From the NCBI GenBank assembly GCA_040901675.1, contig JBBDYJ010000010.1, positions 372,072-436,071 of the forward strand: a stretch of 64,000 nt of DNA, written 5' to 3'. Within the stretch, counting starts at the first letter, position 1, and each line of letters begins with the position of its first letter. This DNA comes from Pirellulales bacterium. Its GTDB lineage: Bacteria; Planctomycetota; Planctomycetia; Pirellulales; JAICIG01. The notes under the pieces were generated by a model that saw only the letters and a program-made list of their open reading frames with translations, did no database searches and was not told the DNA's origin. Both the position numbers and the translations under genes were made by a program. Below are positions 60,974 to 64,000 of this stretch, in pieces.

Positions 60974-61837
60974 CTACGACTTCAGATTGGCAGCCGAGCT
61001 TGGCCTGAAACCGGCCGCCGGATTCGACTGCTCGACAGCTTGACTCTCTGCCGGCCGATTCATCCCAGGCGGCAGCTTTGAAGGAGCGAGGCGATAGCCG
61101 GACCAGCGGACGACGAATAAGAATGCGACCGTGATCACGGCCTGCGAGATCGCGACTGCGATCCACCATCGCAGGAATTGAATGGGCCACGCCAAAAAAT
61201 GGGTTGGTATGAAGCCGGCCAACGAGGAGATGCCTATCGCCGCCAGCGCGGGCAGCAAAGGTCGCCGCGGAACGAGAACGGCCGCAGCGGCGAGCCACGC
61301 TGTCGAACCAAGTCCGATGCCGAGAACCATTGGAATGTAGTTGAGTTGCCCAAAAACTCTCAACGCTGTAAGGAACAGCGCAATGGCGGCTGTCAATCCA
61401 AAAAGAAAGCGAACGGTGATCTGGATTCGTGCTTCCTTTCGTCGCTCGCGGTCCACGAGCGTTATGCGAAGCTTGGGGCCGAACCGCCGCAAGACTATGC
61501 CCCCGAAGAAAGCCGGACACGCCGAGAAAGCGACCAGAAGAAAGTAGAACGGCATGTCATCAGGCTCAGCATGACCCTCACTCACGCTCCTCACGCCCAG
61601 AAGGCACCCCAAGTACAACAGTCCGGCCACAAGGCCCACTAGACGAACCGGCACGGGCAGACAGGCCGAGCCGGCCCAAAGGCCAACCAGACCACCGCCG
61701 CTAAAAACGAGGCCCAGCAGCGCGGTTGCCGCCGGCTCGGGCGCTAGGCCGTCGGTCAAGATTGCCGCCACTATGCCAGCAACCAGATGCCCGGCTATGA
61801 GGAAAGTGAGAACGCGTCGGCGAGTTCGGGAAGTCAT
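60974..61837 (-). CDS. Hypothetical integral membrane protein
   Basis: About 8 hydrophobic segments; IQITVRFLFGLT motif; W.GYRL end. Confidence 0.75.
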   Translation of the reverse strand: MTSRTRRRVLTFLIAGHLVAGIVAAILTDGLAPEPAATALLGLVFSGGGLVGLWAGSACLPVPVRLVGLVAGLLYLGCLLGVRSVSEGHAEPDDMPFYFLLVAFSACPAFFGGIVLRRFGPKLRITLVDRERRKEARIQITVRFLFGLTAAIALFLTALRVFGQLNYIPMVLGIGLGSTAWLAAAAVLVPRRPLLPALAAIGISSLAGFIPTHFLAWPIQFLRWWIAVAISQAVITVAFLFVVRWSGYRLAPSKLPPGMNRPAESQAVEQSNPAAGFRPSSAANLKS

Positions 61838-62051
61838 GCTGTTGCCCACACGCCTGGGAATTCTAGTATCGCCGCTCACAAATCGCCAATGCTACTCGCT
61901 CAAGCGATAAAAAGAGGATGACACCGAGGGCCGCGAAATAGAGTCGGCTCGTCGTGAAGGTGCGTTTCATGCTCGGTTTGCTCGGGAGTTCCCTGGCCGC
62001 CCAACCGCTGGTAGTCTGGGCGACTGGAGGGCAGCTCGCCAACAAGGATAG

Positions 62052-62183
62052 CCGCGCGGCAAGCACACCGCAGAGGCGGATGAGATTCGCGGGATGATCG
62101 AGAGCGTCAGCCCTGGGCCGCACCAGGAGCTGTTCGGGCGCAAGCATGTCCCGGGGTGGACGGTCTTCGGGGATCAAGTCGAA
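62052..62183 (+). pseudogene. C-terminal relic of an MT-A70-family methyltransferase
   Basis: PRGKHTAEADEIRGMIESVSPGPHQELFGRKHVPGWTVFGDQV resembles HSxKP...IE..SPGP.LELFAR...GW..WG.Q. Confidence 0.55.
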
Positions 62184-62288
62184 CTGGGCTGGAGCAAGGC
62201 TGCCGGCGCGTCCGCGGTGGCGTCGTGGCGATGGTTCGAGCGGCCGGCACATGATCCGGCCGGCGGGAGGCTGGATATTCATTTGCGC

Positions 62289-62324
62289 TTGCCCCGGAAT
62301 GCCGGCGGGCGTGATACTGGGGGC
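62289..62324 (+). promoter_or_regulatory. Putative promoter for a leaderless mRNA
   Basis: TTGCCC-N18-GATACT-N6-ATG; same arrangement (N17) at 63400-63434. Confidence 0.55.
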
Positions 62325-63353
62325 ATGGAGGCACCCGCCCAGCAGACCAGCCAGGTGAAGGCGGCCCGCTCGCGGCGGCGGTGGTTGCAATTCAGCCTGC
62401 GGTGGCTGCTGGTGATCGTCACGGTGTCCGGCATCGGCCTGGGGCTGGTGGTGAGCCGCGTCGAGCGGCAGCGGCAGGCGGTAGCGGCGATCCGTGGGGC
62501 AGGCGGCGTAGTGTTCTACGACTTCGAGGATCCGACCTCGCCTGTTCCCGCGGTGCGCGGAGAATTGCCGGGCCCGGACTGGCTGTGCCGCCTGCTGGGC
62601 GTTGACTACTTTGCTGAGGTGACGAAAGCCACTCTGCCCGGCGCCACCGACGCCACGGTGGCCCACCTGAGCGGGCTGACAAGCCTAAAAGAGCTCTCGC
62701 TATACAGCACGCAGGTAAGCGACGCGGGACTGGCGCACTTGAGCCAGTTGACGAGCCTGCAAGGGCTGAGGCTGGGCGGCACGCAGGTGAGGGACGCGGG
62801 GCTGGCGCACCTCAGCCGCTCGACGAGCCTGCAAAGGCTGTCGCTGAACGGCACGCAGGTGACGGACGGTGGCCTGGTGCATCTAAGCGGGCTGACGAGC
62901 CTGCAAGGGCTGAACTTGCAGGGCACGCAGGTGGGCGACGCGGGTGTGGCGCACCTGAGCGGACTGACGAGCCTGCAAGCGCTGAACCTGCGCGGCACGC
63001 AGGTGACGGACATGGGGCTGGCGCACCTTCGCGGCTTGACGAGCCTGCAAAGCCTCTTCCTAAGCGGCACGCAGGTCACGGACGCGGGCCTGGCGCATCT
63101 GAGCAGCTTGACGAGCTTGCAAGGGGTGGAGTTGAGCCGCACGCAGGTGACGGATGCGGGCCTGGCGCACCTGAGCGGACTGACAAGCCTGGTATGGCTG
63201 CACCTGGACGGCACGCAGGTGAGCGACGCGGGCCTGCCGTATCTGAGTAGGTTGACGAGCCTGCAAGGGCTGTTTCTGGTAGATACGCAGGTGATGGACG
63301 CAGGTTGCCGGCAGCTCAGAGCGGCATTGCCCAAGTGCGCGATTGTATACTAG
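62325..63353 (+). CDS. Membrane-anchored leucine-rich-repeat protein
   Basis: QFSLRWLL TM anchor; nine 24-aa repeats LS.LTSLQ.L.L..TQV.DAGLAH. Confidence 0.92.
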   Translation: MEAPAQQTSQVKAARSRRRWLQFSLRWLLVIVTVSGIGLGLVVSRVERQRQAVAAIRGAGGVVFYDFEDPTSPVPAVRGELPGPDWLCRLLGVDYFAEVTKATLPGATDATVAHLSGLTSLKELSLYSTQVSDAGLAHLSQLTSLQGLRLGGTQVRDAGLAHLSRSTSLQRLSLNGTQVTDGGLVHLSGLTSLQGLNLQGTQVGDAGVAHLSGLTSLQALNLRGTQVTDMGLAHLRGLTSLQSLFLSGTQVTDAGLAHLSSLTSLQGVELSRTQVTDAGLAHLSGLTSLVWLHLDGTQVSDAGLPYLSRLTSLQGLFLVDTQVMDAGCRQLRAALPKCAIVY

Positions 63354-63434
63354 GAGGTTGAGCGACGACCCGGACACGCAAGAGCCCGTCAGTTGGGCAT
63401 TGCCCCAGGATGCCCGCTGTTTGATACTGGCAGT

Positions 63435-64000
63435 ATGGACGCACCCAGCCAGCAGACCAGCCAGGACAAGCCCATCCGCTCGCGGCGGCGGTTGCAATAC
63501 AGCCTGCGGTGGCTGCTGGTGATCGTCACGCTGTCGGGCATCGGCCTGGGGCTGGTGGTGCGCCGCGCCGAGCGGCAGCGGAAGGCGGTGGCGGGGGTCC
63601 GAGCCGGCGGCGGCGTAGTGCAGTACGACTTCGAGGATCCTTTATCGCCCGCAGTGCGCCCCGAACTGCCGGGCCCAGATTGGTTGTGCCGGCGCCTGGG
63701 GGTGGACTATTTTTCCGAAGTCGCGACAGTCATTCTCACCGACAGCGCCACTGACGCCACGGCGGCGCACTTGAGTCGGCTGACTAGCCTGCAATCGCTG
63801 AACCTGTACGGCACGCAGGTGACCGACGCGGGGCTGGCGCATCTGACCGAGCTCACTAATCTGCAAAGTCTGTACGTTGGAGGCACGCAGGTGACGGACG
63901 CGGGCCTGGCGCACTTGAGCGGCCTGACGAGCCTGCAAGATCTGCACCTGTACGGCACGCAGGTGACCGACGCGGGGCTGGCGCATCTGACCGAGCTCAC
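63435..64000 (+). CDS. Paralogous LRR protein, runs off the window end
   Basis: N-terminus nearly identical to the 62325 gene; open to the window end (absent from the ORF track because it has no stop). Confidence 0.9.
   Translation, partial: MDAPSQQTSQDKPIRSRRRLQYSLRWLLVIVTLSGIGLGLVVRRAERQRKAVAGVRAGGGVVQYDFEDPLSPAVRPELPGPDWLCRRLGVDYFSEVATVILTDSATDATAAHLSRLTSLQSLNLYGTQVTDAGLAHLTELTNLQSLYVGGTQVTDAGLAHLSGLTSLQDLHLYGTQVTDAGLAHLTEL

Noticed and set aside
62094..62324. N-terminal extension of the LRR ORF as a methyltransferase-LRR fusion
   Set aside because: The paralogue at 63435 and the conserved promoter place the start at 62325; the upstream part is a relic that happens to be in frame.
62650..64000. 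Regular 72-bp repeats as a CRISPR array or DGR template/variable region
   Set aside because: They are in-frame LRR codons; differences are not confined to adenines and no reverse transcriptase is in the window.

Overview
High-GC (roughly 65-70% by eye) bacterial chromosome segment. It is very probably from a Planctomycete: it carries a DUF1549/DUF1553 cytochrome protein, two DUF1501 genes, an ECF sigma/Ser-Thr kinase operon, a WD40 kinase and membrane-anchored LRR proteins. It holds about 50 CDSs (housekeeping, signalling, Fe-S, sugar-acid catabolism, two PilT ATPases, two toxin-antitoxin-like pairs) and one tRNA-Ile2(CAT). No rRNA, CRISPR array, integrase or transposase is visible. The most unusual signal is non-coding. 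Many intergenic gaps, and two genes, are occupied by layered small repeats: (i) about seven families of REP-like hairpins, most led by GTAG/GTGG; (ii) 7/8/9-mer tandem arrays arranged as purine-arm...pyrimidine-arm inverted pairs around cargo, one cargo being a four-helix-bundle (23S-IVS/Avd-like) gene; and (iii) a 24-bp hairpin unit inserted into a REP and then into itself, with empty-site copies in the same window. Several short gene relics and two homopolymer frameshifts were also found. All family assignments come from motif recognition, not database searches.
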